Assembly (NCBI GenBank): GCA_963558405.1
Contig: CAUWGC010000001.1
Coordinates: forward strand, 1-64,000
Source of the DNA: an uncultured Clostridia bacterium
Lineage (GTDB): Bacteria > Bacillota > Clostridia > TANB77 > CAG-508
Reading direction: 5' to 3'
DNA length: 64,000 nucleotides
In this document: piece by piece, positions 21,799 to 32,959 of the stretch
Numbering within the stretch: the stretch's first letter is position 1
Layout: each line of letters starts with the position of its first letter
The notes under the pieces: generated by a model
Seen by the model: only the letters and a program-made list of their open reading frames with translations
Told to the model about the DNA's origin: nothing
Databases searched by the model: none
Program-made: the position numbers and the translations under genes

Positions 21799-22803
21799 AT
21801 GAAAAGATTAGGAAAACAAACAATTAGTTTTGATCATCCACCTACAATATTAGAGACTGCTTCTATTGTAGGTCCAAAAGAATCAGATGGTCCAATGGCA
21901 AGTTATTTTGATCAAACATTAACAGATGAGTTTTATGGAGAAAAAACATGGGAGAAAGCAGAAAGTAAGATTATTAAAGAAACAGTAAATAAAGTTATTA
22001 CTAAATCTGGTATTCCAGCCAATAAAATAGATTATTGTTTTGCTGGTGATTTACTAAATCAATGTATTTCATCTAGTTTTGGATTAAGAGAATTAAATAT
22101 CCCAATTTTTGGAATATTTGGAGCTTGTTCTACTTTTGTAGAGGGAATGTGCTTAGGAAGTGTATTTTTAGAGGGTGGAGGAGCAAATTATGTGTTATGT
22201 GCTACATCAAGTCATTTTTGTAGTGCAGAAAAGCAATTTAGATTTCCATTAGAACTAGGAAATCAAAGACCTCCTACATCACAATGGACAGTTACTGGTT
22301 CTGGTGCTGCTATTTTATCAGCTGAAGGAGAGGGACCATATATTACAAGTATTACTCCTGGTACAATTGTTGACTTAGGTATAAAAGATGGAAACAACAT
22401 GGGAGCAGCAATGGCACCTGCAGCATTAAATACTTTAATTAGCCATTTTAAAGATACAGGTAGAAAGCCAAGTTATTATGATGCAATTATTACAGGAGAT
22501 TTAGGTCATATTGGTAAAAGTATATTAATAGATATGGCAGAAGCACAAGGATACAATATAAAGAGCAATTATAATGATTGTGGAGTATTAATTTTTGACA
22601 AAGATAAACAAGATACACATGCAGGAGGAAGCGGATGTGCATGTATTGGAACTGTTTTTTCTGGATATTTTTTCAAGATGTTAAAGGAGAAAAAATATAA
22701 GAGAATTTTATTAATTGCAACAGGTGCACTTATGAATTCTACAAGTAGTCAACAAGGAGAAACAATTCCAGGAATTGCACATGCTATTTCTATAGAAGTA
22801 TAA
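21799..22803 (+). CDS. spoVAD: Stage V sporulation protein AD
   Basis: GDLLNQC, GACST, QFRFPLE, GGSGCAC. Confidence 0.95.
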   Translation: MKRLGKQTISFDHPPTILETASIVGPKESDGPMASYFDQTLTDEFYGEKTWEKAESKIIKETVNKVITKSGIPANKIDYCFAGDLLNQCISSSFGLRELNIPIFGIFGACSTFVEGMCLGSVFLEGGGANYVLCATSSHFCSAEKQFRFPLELGNQRPPTSQWTVTGSGAAILSAEGEGPYITSITPGTIVDLGIKDGNNMGAAMAPAALNTLISHFKDTGRKPSYYDAIITGDLGHIGKSILIDMAEAQGYNIKSNYNDCGVLIFDKDKQDTHAGGSGCACIGTVFSGYFFKMLKEKKYKRILLIATGALMNSTSSQQGETIPGIAHAISIEV

Positions 22804-22815
22804 AGGGGGAATAAG

Positions 22816-23202
22816 ATGGAATTTTGGCAAAGTATTGACTGGATGGGAATATTAAAATGTTTTATAGTAGGAGGACTTATATGTGTAATAGGTCAAATTC
22901 TTATAGATAAAACAAAACTTACTTCTGCAAGAATACTAGTTATGTTTGTAACAACAGGTGTAATTTTAGGAGCACTTGGAGTATATGAGCCTTTGGTAAA
23001 GTTTGCAGGAGCAGGTGCAACAGTTCCTTTAACAGGATTTGGATATAATTTGGCAAAAGGAGCAATAGAAGGAGTAAAAGAAATAGGAATTTTGGGAGCT
23101 TTTACTGGAGGTATAAAAGCTTCTGCAGGAGGAATTGCAGCAGCTGTATTTTTTGGATATTTAGCATCATTAGTATCAAAACCAAAAATAAAAAAACAAT
23201 AA
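22816..23202 (+). CDS. spoVAE: Stage V sporulation protein AE
   Basis: VGGLICVIGQ, GAGATVPLTGFG. Confidence 0.93.
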   Translation: MEFWQSIDWMGILKCFIVGGLICVIGQILIDKTKLTSARILVMFVTTGVILGALGVYEPLVKFAGAGATVPLTGFGYNLAKGAIEGVKEIGILGAFTGGIKASAGGIAAAVFFGYLASLVSKPKIKKQ

Positions 23203-23233
23203 AAAGCATGAATATATTTTCATGCTTTTTATT

Positions 23234-24706
23234 TTAGTTATTATTTAAAAATTTATCTTTATTTTTTATCCAAACAGATACACTACCACCGTTAACATAA
23301 AAAATACCATTGCCATCTTGGTCTACATATACAGGTTCTTGAACATTACCAGTACAGTCGTATAAAATTGAACCAGCTAAACGTTTTCCTACATTCATTA
23401 TTTTATTTCCACCAGGTCCATCTGATATAAGAACAGCAAGGCCAGAATCTGCATGGTTAGTATCTCCTTCACGTGTAAAACCTACAACATTTGGATGGTC
23501 AAAATAATCGTTTTGATTTCCATAAGCTAAGTATTTTCGTACTTTAATTAAAATTTCTAATAAATCTTTTTTAGGTGAAATATTATCATGTGGGATTCCA
23601 TAATAATCGCCATAAAAAACACATGGATATCCATCTTTTCTTAGAAGTATTAAGCTATATGCAATTGGTTTAAACCAATCTTGTACCCAAGAAAATAAAG
23701 ATTGACCAGGTTGTGTATCATGATTATCTACAAAAGTAATAGCGGAATCAGGATAAGATTTTACTAAGGTATTATCAAAAATACCACGCATATCATAATG
23801 ACCGCCACTATTTGATGCATTAAAAAAGTTATAGTGCAATGGAACATCAAAAAGAGAAATTGTTTCTTTTGTTTGTCTTAAATATGTTACAAGAGAATGT
23901 ATGTCATTACTCCAATATTCACCAAATGTAAACAAATCTTTTCCGGAGAGCTCTAACATTTCTTTTAACCAATTTTTATAAAAACTAAAACGAATATGTT
24001 TTACAGCATCTAATCTAAAGCCATCTACATTTGTTGTTTCAAGATACCATTTTCCCCAATTAGTAAGCTCTGTAACTACATCAACGTTGTTTAAATCTAT
24101 ATCTTCACCCATTAAATAGTCATAGTTTCCATTTTCTTTATCTACTTCATTATCCCAGTGCTTTCCATAAAATTTGTATATACCTGTTTTTTTAGTTTTT
24201 TCATCCCAACCTGCTCCATGAAAATGTGTCCAATTCCATTTAAAAGATGAATATTTATTTCCTCTGCCAGGAAAAGTATATTTAGTCCATGCTAAAATAG
24301 GGATAGGAGGAGTTATATCATTATTTCTATTTAATGGATTATCTTCAAATGCTAAAACTTCTTCGGTTTCGTCTGCACCCATTTTGTGATTTAAAACAAT
24401 ATCTGCAAATACATTAATATTATTTCCTTTTAATGTTTTAATGGCATTTAGATAATCTTCTTTTGTTCCATATTTTGTAGGAATAGAACCTTTTTGATTA
24501 AATTCTCCTAAATCGTATAAATCGTATACACCATAACCAGTATCATTAATTCCACCTTGTCCTTTATAAGCTGGTGGTAGCCAAATTGAAGTAATACCAA
24601 TACTATCTAAATATTGTGCATTATTAGCTACTTTTTTCCATAAAGTAGCATCAGGTTGCAAGTACCATTCAAAGTATTGCATCATTGTTTTATTTATTTT
24701 TATCAT
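23234..24706 (-). CDS. Cytoplasmic GH13 alpha-amylase
   Basis: MQYFEW, DGFRLDAVKH, GEYW, FVDNHD. Confidence 0.95.
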   Translation of the reverse strand: MIKINKTMMQYFEWYLQPDATLWKKVANNAQYLDSIGITSIWLPPAYKGQGGINDTGYGVYDLYDLGEFNQKGSIPTKYGTKEDYLNAIKTLKGNNINVFADIVLNHKMGADETEEVLAFEDNPLNRNNDITPPIPILAWTKYTFPGRGNKYSSFKWNWTHFHGAGWDEKTKKTGIYKFYGKHWDNEVDKENGNYDYLMGEDIDLNNVDVVTELTNWGKWYLETTNVDGFRLDAVKHIRFSFYKNWLKEMLELSGKDLFTFGEYWSNDIHSLVTYLRQTKETISLFDVPLHYNFFNASNSGGHYDMRGIFDNTLVKSYPDSAITFVDNHDTQPGQSLFSWVQDWFKPIAYSLILLRKDGYPCVFYGDYYGIPHDNISPKKDLLEILIKVRKYLAYGNQNDYFDHPNVVGFTREGDTNHADSGLAVLISDGPGGNKIMNVGKRLAGSILYDCTGNVQEPVYVDQDGNGIFYVNGGSVSVWIKNKDKFLNNN

Positions 24707-24718
24707 TTGATTTCCTCC

Positions 24719-25412
24719 TTAAGAAATAATATCTTTAACAACTTCTCCTGCTATTAATAGTCCTGCAACAGAAGGTACAAAGCTAATACTAGCAGGCACT
24801 TTTTTATGTTCTTCTTCTATAGAAGTAGATATAGGATTTTCTTTAGAATATAATACTTTTACAGAAGAAAGATTTCTTAATTTACATTCTTTTCTAATTA
24901 CTTTAGCTAAAGGGCATACAGAAGTTTTTGAAATATCAGTAATTTCAAATTTACTAGCATCTAATTTATTACCAGTTCCCATACAAGATATAATAGGAAT
25001 ATTTTTATTTTTAGCTTCTTCTATAATAGATATCTTAGAAGATACAGTATCAATAGCATCGACAATGTAAGAAAAAGTAGGAGAGATAATATCTTTTTTT
25101 GTATTATCATAAAATTCCTGATATGTAGATATGTTTAAATTAGGATTTATTTTTAGTAAACGTTCTTTACAAACTTCTACTTTAGGCTTACCAACAGTTG
25201 TAGTATCTGCAATAAGTTGACGATTTATATTTGTGATGCTTACGGTATCATTATCAACTATTACAAGTGAACCTAAACCGGCTTCTAACAAGAGCTTCTA
25301 CTACATAAGAACCAACGCCACCTATACCAAATACACAGACAGTAGAATTTTGTAATTTATCTATTGCTTCTTTTCCAATTAATGCTTCTGTTCTTGATAA
25401 AAAATATTCCAT
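24719..25412 (-). CDS. tcdA: ThiF-family tRNA threonylcarbamoyladenosine dehydratase; needs +1 shift at CGG 25280
   Basis: AGGAG RBS, ATG 25412 gives MEYFLSRTEALIG..FGIGGVGSYVVEALVRS; +1 frame continues GLGSLVIVD..NINRQ..CPLAK. Confidence 0.88.
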
Positions 25413-25431
25413 TATAACTTATAAACTCCTT

Positions 25432-26433
25432 TTATTTAGTATGTTGATTTAATAATAATTCTAAAATTTGTATTGCATTTGTTGCTGCACCTTTTCTTAT
25501 GTTATCTGCGACTACCCATAGATTAACTCCATTATCAACACTAAAATCTCTACGAACTCTTCCTACATAAACTTCATCATGTCCAGAAGAAATTGTTGCT
25601 AAAGGATAATCGTTTTCAGAAACATTATCTTCTAATATAATTCCTGGATATGTTCCTAAATTGCTTTTTAGTTCATCTATATTAAAATCATTTTCTAATT
25701 CAACATTAATAGATTCGCTATGACAGTTAAGTACAGGAACTCTAACTGTTGTAGCAGTAACTTTTAAATCTGGTTTTCCTAAAATTTTTCGTGTTTCGTT
25801 TACCATCTTCATTTCTTCTTTTGTATAACCATTTTCTAAAAAGTCATCAATATGTGGTAAACAATTATTGTAAATTGGGTGTGGAAATTTAGATGGTTTT
25901 AGGCCTTGTTTTGTATTTTCAAAATCTAAAACTCCTTTTTGACCAGCACCAGAAACAGCTTGATATGTAGAGTAAACTACTCTTTTTACTTTATAAGAAT
26001 TATCTAAAGCTTTTAAAGGTAATACTGCTTGAATAGTAGAGCAATTTGGATTTGCTATAATACCATTATTCCAAGAAATATCTTGGGGATTAACTTCTGG
26101 TACTACTAAAGGAACATTATCATCCATACGAAAAGCACTGCTATTATCTATAACAATACATCCTTTGCTTGCTGCAATTGGAGCAAATTTTTTTGATGTA
26201 CTTGCACCAGCAGAAAAAATAGCAAAGTCAAAACCTTCATCAAAAGAGTCTTCTTTTAATTCTCGTACAAGATATTCCTTTCCCATAAATTGAATTTTCG
26301 TTCCTGCAGAACGACTAGAAGAAAAGAAAACATATTCAGATATTGGTAAATTTTTTTCTTCTAAAACATTGCGGGCAGTTCTACCAACAAGCCCAGTTGC
26401 ACCAATAAGTGCTAATTTGTAATTTTTTTGCAT
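25432..26433 (-). CDS. asd: Aspartate-semialdehyde dehydrogenase
   Basis: GATGLVG, NPNCST, YQAVSGAG, DNIRKGAA. Confidence 0.97.
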   Translation of the reverse strand: MQKNYKLALIGATGLVGRTARNVLEEKNLPISEYVFFSSSRSAGTKIQFMGKEYLVRELKEDSFDEGFDFAIFSAGASTSKKFAPIAASKGCIVIDNSSAFRMDDNVPLVVPEVNPQDISWNNGIIANPNCSTIQAVLPLKALDNSYKVKRVVYSTYQAVSGAGQKGVLDFENTKQGLKPSKFPHPIYNNCLPHIDDFLENGYTKEEMKMVNETRKILGKPDLKVTATTVRVPVLNCHSESINVELENDFNIDELKSNLGTYPGIILEDNVSENDYPLATISSGHDEVYVGRVRRDFSVDNGVNLWVVADNIRKGAATNAIQILELLLNQHTK

Positions 26434-26637
26434 AATATGCACCTCATTATTTAAGTAACTTAAAGTTACAACATAAAAATAAAATATAATCATATTTTTA
26501 CTTTGGTATATTATATTCTATTTTTTTTAGAAAAGAAATAGAAAAAGAAAAAAAGTAAGTATTTATAAAAAAATATTGAAAAAAATAAGTTTTATGATAC
26601 AATATACTAGAAAATTTGTTTGAACATAGGAGGAAAT

Positions 26638-27246
26638 ATGTTTGCATATATAAAAGGAAAATTAGAAATGAAATTTCAAGACTATTTGGTTGTAGAAGCA
26701 AATGGTGGGGTAGGATATAAAATTTTTATGTCATCAAATTCTATGAAAAAAATAGGTGAAATAGGTGATGAAATAAAAATATATACATATTTAAGAGTAA
26801 GAGAAGATGATATTAGTTTATTTGGTTTTTATAGTAATGAAGAACTAAGAATGTTTGAACTTTTGTTATCTGTTAGTGGAATAGGAGCAAAATCTGCTTT
26901 GGGAATTTTATCTAATATAACACCATCAAATTTAGCTTTAGCTGTTATATCAAATGATGTAAGTACATTAAAATCACTTCCTGGTATAGGAGCTAAGTCA
27001 GCAGCAAGAATGGTATTAGAATTAAAAGATAAATTAAAAACAGAAAGTGCAGTAAGTAAAGATGTATCAGTAGAAGTAAAAGAAGCAATAGTAGAAGATA
27101 ACAAAGTATCAGAAGCAATTTCTGCTTTAATGGTATTAGGTTATACAAGAAAAGAAATAGAACAAGTACTAACTAAAATAGAACAAAAAGATAATTTATC
27201 AGTAGAAGAATTAATACGTAAATCATTAGTACTTTTAGCAAGATAA
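26638..27246 (+). CDS. ruvA: Holliday junction protein RuvA
   Basis: MFAYIKG, VREDD..LFGF, HhH VSGIG/PGIG, ALMVLGY. Confidence 0.96.
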   Translation: MFAYIKGKLEMKFQDYLVVEANGGVGYKIFMSSNSMKKIGEIGDEIKIYTYLRVREDDISLFGFYSNEELRMFELLLSVSGIGAKSALGILSNITPSNLALAVISNDVSTLKSLPGIGAKSAARMVLELKDKLKTESAVSKDVSVEVKEAIVEDNKVSEAISALMVLGYTRKEIEQVLTKIEQKDNLSVEELIRKSLVLLAR

Positions 27247-27260
27247 TGTAAAAAGAGGGT

Positions 27261-28508
27261 ATGAAAATGAATCAAAGTGAACCATTAGCTTTTAGAATGA
27301 GACCAAAAACATTAGAAGATTATGTAGGACAAGAACATATATTAGGAAAAGATAAATTATTATATCGTACAATTAAGGCAGATAGACTTTCTAGCCTTAT
27401 ATTATGGGGACCACCCGGATGTGGAAAAACTTCTTTGGCAAAAGTAATTAGCAATACTACCAAATATAGTTTTACAAGAATAAATGCAGTAACAGCTGGA
27501 GTTTCGGATATAAAAAGAGCAGTTGAAGAAGCAAAAAATCCAATGCTAAATCCTTCTGGAAAATGTATTTTATTTATTGATGAAATTCATCGTTTTAATA
27601 AATTACAGCAAGATGCTTTACTACCATATGTTGAAAATGGAACTGTAATTTTAATTGGAGCAACTACAGAAAATCCTTATTTTGAAGTAAATAAAGCTCT
27701 TATTTCACGTTCTATGGTGGTAAAACTTAATCCTTTAACAGAAGATGATATATTTAAAGTTTTAAAAAATGCGTTAGAAAAAAAGGAAGGATTAGGAGAG
27801 TATAAAATAAAAATAGAAGATAGTACTTTAAGAAAAATAGCAGATGTAGCAAATGGAGATGTAAGAACAGCATTAAATGGATTAGAGGTTGCAGTTTTAA
27901 CAACACCAATGGAGCAAGATGGATATATTCATATTACAAATGAAATAGCAAAAGAAAGCGTACAAAACAGGAAAGCTATTTTTGATAAAAATGGTGATAG
28001 TCATTATGATAATATTAGTGCTTTTATAAAATCTATGAGGGGAAGCGACCCAGATGCAGCTATTTTTTATTTAGCAAGAGCTTTAAATGGAGGAGAAGAT
28101 CCTGTTTTTTTAGCAAGAAGAATTGTAATTTCTGCTTCTGAAGATGTGGGAATGGCAGATCCTAATGCACTAGTAATAGCAACAAATGCAATGCAAGCAG
28201 TAACAATGGTAGGAATGCCAGAGGCTAGAATTATTTTGGCAGAAGCGGCAGTATATATGGCAAATGCAAAAAAATCAAATGCTTCTTATCTTGCTATTAA
28301 TAAGGCTTTAGAAGATGTTTCTACAAAAGATACAGGAGAAATTCCAATGCACATAAGAAATGCACCGGCAGAGGGAATGGAAAAATTGGGATATGGAGAA
28401 GGATATAAATATCCACATGATTATCTAGGACATGTAGTTGAGCAACAATATTTACCAGATAAAATGTTAGGAACAAAATATTATATAAAAGATGATACAG
28501 TAGAATAA
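27261..28508 (+). CDS. rarA: Replication-associated recombination protein A (MgsA)
   Basis: PLAFRMRP, GPPGCGKT, DEIHRF, ATTENP, SAFIKSMRGSD. Confidence 0.96.
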   Translation: MKMNQSEPLAFRMRPKTLEDYVGQEHILGKDKLLYRTIKADRLSSLILWGPPGCGKTSLAKVISNTTKYSFTRINAVTAGVSDIKRAVEEAKNPMLNPSGKCILFIDEIHRFNKLQQDALLPYVENGTVILIGATTENPYFEVNKALISRSMVVKLNPLTEDDIFKVLKNALEKKEGLGEYKIKIEDSTLRKIADVANGDVRTALNGLEVAVLTTPMEQDGYIHITNEIAKESVQNRKAIFDKNGDSHYDNISAFIKSMRGSDPDAAIFYLARALNGGEDPVFLARRIVISASEDVGMADPNALVIATNAMQAVTMVGMPEARIILAEAAVYMANAKKSNASYLAINKALEDVSTKDTGEIPMHIRNAPAEGMEKLGYGEGYKYPHDYLGHVVEQQYLPDKMLGTKYYIKDDTVE

Positions 28509-28528
28509 AATTTTAAGAAGGTGAAAAA

Positions 28529-30106
28529 ATGAAACAAAATAATAAAATAAAAACAATAATAATGATTTCAATAATAATTATTATTCAAACAATAGCTTTT
28601 ATAATAGTTGGCATAAATAAGTCATATATTCATATGGATGAAGCATATTCATTAGGATTAGCAAGTTATGACAAAGTAGAAATACAAGCTAATGAAGATT
28701 TTTATAATAAGTGGCATAACAAAGAGTATTATGAAGACTATTTAGCTGTTAATAGTGATGAGGTAGGAGAATATAAACAAGTATATGAAAATCAAAAAAA
28801 TGATGTTCATCCACCTTTATATTATTTATTATTAAGATTTGCAATGGGATTTAGTATTGATAATTATTCTAAATGGCCAGGTACAATTTTAAATATAATC
28901 ATTTATATAGCTATTTCGATATTTATGTTTTTAATTATAAATAAATTGCTAGAAGGTAAAGATAATTCTGTTAAAAAAAGCTTGTTTATAACTTTAGTAG
29001 CTAGCCTAACAATGGCAACACTTACAAATGTAATATATATTAGAATGTATGCGTTATCTGCATTAAATATAGTAATAACAACATATTTACACTTAAAATT
29101 ATTAGACAGTAAGCAAAATAATTATAAATTATTATTTTGTATTATGATTTCTGCATTAATTGGCTCACTAACACATTATTATTACTTATTCTATTTAGCT
29201 ATGTTATTTATAATGTTTGTCATAAAATATATTAGAGAAAAGAGATATAAGGAATTAGCTTCATATGTAATTACAATGATTATTGCGGGGGCATTATCAT
29301 TAGCAATTTTTCCATATTCTATAAAGCATATGTTTTTTGGATATAGAGGACAAGGTGCAATAAGTAATTTAACTAATATATCAAATTTTATAAATTGCAT
29401 AATTCAATATGTATTAAAAATAAATAGATTCTGTTTTAATAATTTATTATTTATTATTATATTAACAATAATAGGAATATTAATTTATAAAAAGCATAGT
29501 AAAATAAAATGTTTAGAAAAAAACAAGTATATTATATACATATTATTACCTACTTTATTTTATTTTATATTAGTAGCAATTTCATCACCATGGGTAGAAC
29601 TAAGATATATAATGCCAATTAGTGGTATGATATTTATTCTAGTGATGTTTTATTTAGAAGAAACATTGTCAAATATTTTAAATGAGAAAATATTAAATAG
29701 CATAATAATTATTTTATCAATAGTTATGATTGTAATTATGCCAATTATTTATAAAATTGAACCAGAAGTTATGTATTCTGACAAAAAAGAAATTACAAGC
29801 AAGTTAGAAAATGAACTAAATTTACTTACTATATTTTTGTTTAATTCAAATAATAACAGATTTTTAGATGATATATTGCTATTTGCAAAAATAAATGAAT
29901 CTTATATTGCTAAAGATTTAGAATGTACCCAAGAAAATATAAAAAATATTATGGCTGGCAAAGATATATCAAACGGAATGATAGTATTTATAAATGAAGG
30001 ACAAAATAATGATGAATTATTATTAAATATAAAAAATGCAATGGAATTAGGTGAAATTATTTATTTAAAAAGATTGAATGCTTGTGATGTATATTATTTA
30101 AAATAA
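28529..30106 (+). CDS. Multi-pass membrane protein, GT-C (PMT/ArnT-like) glycosyltransferase
   Basis: HMDE, DVHPPLYY, IRMY motifs; many TM helices. Confidence 0.7.
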   Translation: MKQNNKIKTIIMISIIIIIQTIAFIIVGINKSYIHMDEAYSLGLASYDKVEIQANEDFYNKWHNKEYYEDYLAVNSDEVGEYKQVYENQKNDVHPPLYYLLLRFAMGFSIDNYSKWPGTILNIIIYIAISIFMFLIINKLLEGKDNSVKKSLFITLVASLTMATLTNVIYIRMYALSALNIVITTYLHLKLLDSKQNNYKLLFCIMISALIGSLTHYYYLFYLAMLFIMFVIKYIREKRYKELASYVITMIIAGALSLAIFPYSIKHMFFGYRGQGAISNLTNISNFINCIIQYVLKINRFCFNNLLFIIILTIIGILIYKKHSKIKCLEKNKYIIYILLPTLFYFILVAISSPWVELRYIMPISGMIFILVMFYLEETLSNILNEKILNSIIIILSIVMIVIMPIIYKIEPEVMYSDKKEITSKLENELNLLTIFLFNSNNNRFLDDILLFAKINESYIAKDLECTQENIKNIMAGKDISNGMIVFINEGQNNDELLLNIKNAMELGEIIYLKRLNACDVYYLK

Positions 30107-30153
30107 AACAAAAAGAAGTGAACTTTTAAAAATTCACTTCTTTTTTAATATTA

Positions 30154-31071
30154 TTAATTTGATTTTTTATTCTTTTTATCTTCTTTAAACATTTCTGCAG
30201 CAGCTCCTAAGCTAGATAAAGCATTTGTTGCTTCAAAAGGAATAAATACTTTATTAGCCTCTCCTTTGGCAACTTCTTTTAATGCTTCTAAAGATTTTAA
30301 TTGAACTAATATTTCGTCTGGATTAGCTTTTTTCATTGCTTCATATACCATATGAATTTCTTCTGCTTTAGCTTCTGCAACTTTTTTAATAGCATCAGCT
30401 TCACCGGCTGCACGTCTAATTCTAGATTCACGGTCAGCTTCTGCTTCTAGAATAGCAGCTTCTTTTTTACCTTCTGCAAGTGTAATAGCAGATTGTCTTT
30501 CACCTTCAGCTTGAAGGATTAAAGCTCTTTTATTTCTTTCTGCATTCATTTGTTTTTCCATTGCATCTCTAATATCAGCAGGAGGGGTAATATCTTTAAT
30601 TTCTACACGGTCAATTTTACATCCCCATTGATCAGTTGCTTCATCTAATATTACACGTAATTGATCATTAATAGCATCTCTTGAACTAAAAGTTGCATCC
30701 AAATCCATTTTACCAACAATATCACGAATTGTTGTAATTGCTAAGTATTCAATACCTTTCTTTAAACTTTGAATTTCATATACAGCTTTTGCAGGGTCTG
30801 TAATTTTATAAAACACTACAGTGTCAATTGTAATTGTAACATTGTCTTTTGTAATAACACCTTGTGGTGGAATATCCATTGTTTGTTGTTTTAAGCTAAC
30901 TACGCTTCTAACGTGATCAAAAAATGGAATAATAATTGTAAGACCAGCGTCAGCTATTTTATGAAATTTACCAAGTCTTTCAATAATGTACACTTCTGAT
31001 TGTCTAACAACCTTAATTGTTTTAAATCCAATGATTAAAATAATAACTAATAAAATAAGTAAAACCCACAT
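30154..31071 (-). CDS. SPFH/band 7 protein
   Basis: ERLGK, ITKDNV, MEKQMNAER. Confidence 0.93.
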   Translation of the reverse strand: MWVLLILLVIILIIGFKTIKVVRQSEVYIIERLGKFHKIADAGLTIIIPFFDHVRSVVSLKQQTMDIPPQGVITKDNVTITIDTVVFYKITDPAKAVYEIQSLKKGIEYLAITTIRDIVGKMDLDATFSSRDAINDQLRVILDEATDQWGCKIDRVEIKDITPPADIRDAMEKQMNAERNKRALILQAEGERQSAITLAEGKKEAAILEAEADRESRIRRAAGEADAIKKVAEAKAEEIHMVYEAMKKANPDEILVQLKSLEALKEVAKGEANKVFIPFEATNALSSLGAAAEMFKEDKKNKKSN

Positions 31072-31094
31072 ATTTTTTTCCTCCTAAAAAATAT

Positions 31095-31541
31095 TTAATT
31101 TGTACTATTTGATGGTACTTTTATAGGACTTACAACAGCTTTTACACCATCAATACTTAAAATAGTTATTTCCGTTCCTTTTGGAATAACGGACTCATCT
31201 TCTGTTTTAGCAGACCAAACTTCACCATTTATTTTAATTTGACCTGTACCAAGAGTAGTATTAATATCTTTTGTTACAATACCATTTTTCCCTATAATAG
31301 AATAACTATTGGTTACTACTGTATCTTTATCAACAAAACGTTTTACTAAAGGTTTTGTTGCAAGTATAAGGATAACAGAACTTATAACAAAAACGGTCAT
31401 TTGAATAATTAAATTTGATGTAAAAATACTAACGCACATTGTAATAAGTGCAGCTATACCAAGCCAAAATATAAGGAAACCTACAGTAATTGCTTCACCT
31501 ATGAAGAATACACCAGCAGCTATTAGCCAAAATTGCCACAT
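31095..31541 (-). CDS. NfeD family protein
   Basis: TM N-terminus, GQIKINGEVWSA; adjacent to SPFH gene. Confidence 0.9.
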   Translation of the reverse strand: MWQFWLIAAGVFFIGEAITVGFLIFWLGIAALITMCVSIFTSNLIIQMTVFVISSVILILATKPLVKRFVDKDTVVTNSYSIIGKNGIVTKDINTTLGTGQIKINGEVWSAKTEDESVIPKGTEITILSIDGVKAVVSPIKVPSNSTN

Positions 31542-31801
31542 AATTACACCTCCATTATCTCATATGTAAATACTACATATTTATTATACAATATTTTTGT
31601 AAAAAAAGGAAGTAGATTATTATAGAATTAGGTAAAATTGTAGATAAATAAGTGAGTTTTAGTAGTAATATATAAATTTGAAGTTTATATAAAAAATTAA
31701 GAATATAAAATTAGATTGCTAAAAAAATAGATATATAGTAAAATATTCATAAATTATAAAAATATAACAATAAACTATGAAATTAAAACGGAGAGTAAGA
31801 T

Positions 31802-32545
31802 ATGAGAAATATAAAATTAACAATAGAATATGATGGGAAAGACTTTAATGGATGGCAAAAACAGCCTAATAAATTAAATATTCAAGGTGAAATAGAAAAT
31901 GCAATTTTTTTAATTACAGGAGAAAATGTAGATTTAACAGCATCAGGAAGAACTGATGCTGGTGTGCATGCTTTAGGACAAGTTGCTAATTTTAAAATGG
32001 ATTCAAATTTTCCAATAGAAAAAATAGCTATAGCTCTAAATTCAAAATTAAAACATTCTATTAGAATAAAAGAAGCAGAAGAAGTAGAAGAATCTTTTCA
32101 TTCAAGATATCATTGTAAAAAGAAGACATATCGTTATGTTATAAATAATTCTGAACATGGAAGTGCTATTTATAGAGGATTAGAGTACCATGTACCACAA
32201 AAATTGGATATAGACAAAATGCAAGAAGCAATAAAACATTTTATAGGAGAACATGATTTTAGTGCTTTTAAAGCTAGTGGTACAAGTAGCAAAAGTAGTG
32301 TGAGAACTATTTATGATGCTATAATAAAAAAAGATGGTGAGAGAATTTATATAGAACTTACTGGAAATGGATTTTTATATAATATGGTAAGAATAATAAC
32401 AGGTACATTGTTAGAAGTTGGAATGGGGAAAAAAGAACCTTGTGATATAGAAAAAATAATAGAAAGTAAAAAAAGAGAAAACGCAGGAAAAACGGTACCT
32501 GCTCAAGGCTTGTTTTTAGTAAATGTTGATTATGATAGGAACTAA
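31802..32545 (+). CDS. truA: tRNA pseudouridine(38-40) synthase
   Basis: GRTDAGVHA, GFLYNMVR. Confidence 0.97.
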   Translation: MRNIKLTIEYDGKDFNGWQKQPNKLNIQGEIENAIFLITGENVDLTASGRTDAGVHALGQVANFKMDSNFPIEKIAIALNSKLKHSIRIKEAEEVEESFHSRYHCKKKTYRYVINNSEHGSAIYRGLEYHVPQKLDIDKMQEAIKHFIGEHDFSAFKASGTSSKSSVRTIYDAIIKKDGERIYIELTGNGFLYNMVRIITGTLLEVGMGKKEPCDIEKIIESKKRENAGKTVPAQGLFLVNVDYDRN

Positions 32546-32599
32546 ATTTCTATTTATTGCATAATATATAAGAAGCAATTAGAAAGGAAGATAAATAAT

Positions 32600-32893
32600 A
32601 TGATAGATGGAACTTATCAAATGCAGATACAAACGCCAATGGGATTTGTGCCTATTAATGTAACTTTAAAAACAAGTGGAAATAAACTTTCAGGTATTTT
32701 AGAAGGAATGGGAATAAAAGAAAAGTTTGAAAATGGAATTGTGAGTGGAAATAGATTAAATTTTAAAGGGAATTTTAGTACTATGTTTGGAAAAATAGAA
32801 TATGATGTAAATGGAGAAGTTCATGGAAATATACTTAAAGTAATTGCAAATACTAATAAAGGTAACTTTAAATTAGAAGGAAAAAGAAATTAA
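32600..32893 (+). CDS. Hypothetical beta-rich protein
   Basis: 97 aa ORF with RBS; TPMG motif. Confidence 0.7.
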   Translation: MIDGTYQMQIQTPMGFVPINVTLKTSGNKLSGILEGMGIKEKFENGIVSGNRLNFKGNFSTMFGKIEYDVNGEVHGNILKVIANTNKGNFKLEGKRN

Positions 32894-32959
32894 TGGAAAA
32901 GTTTTGGATGGTATTTCAAAAGAAAACTATAAAAAGCGAAAGAAGTTTCGCAAAAACTA

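Noticed and set aside
28030-28050. AGG as a second shifty codon
   Set aside because: In-frame AGG occurs in intact genes, e.g. rarA ATG AGG GGA (SMRGSD)
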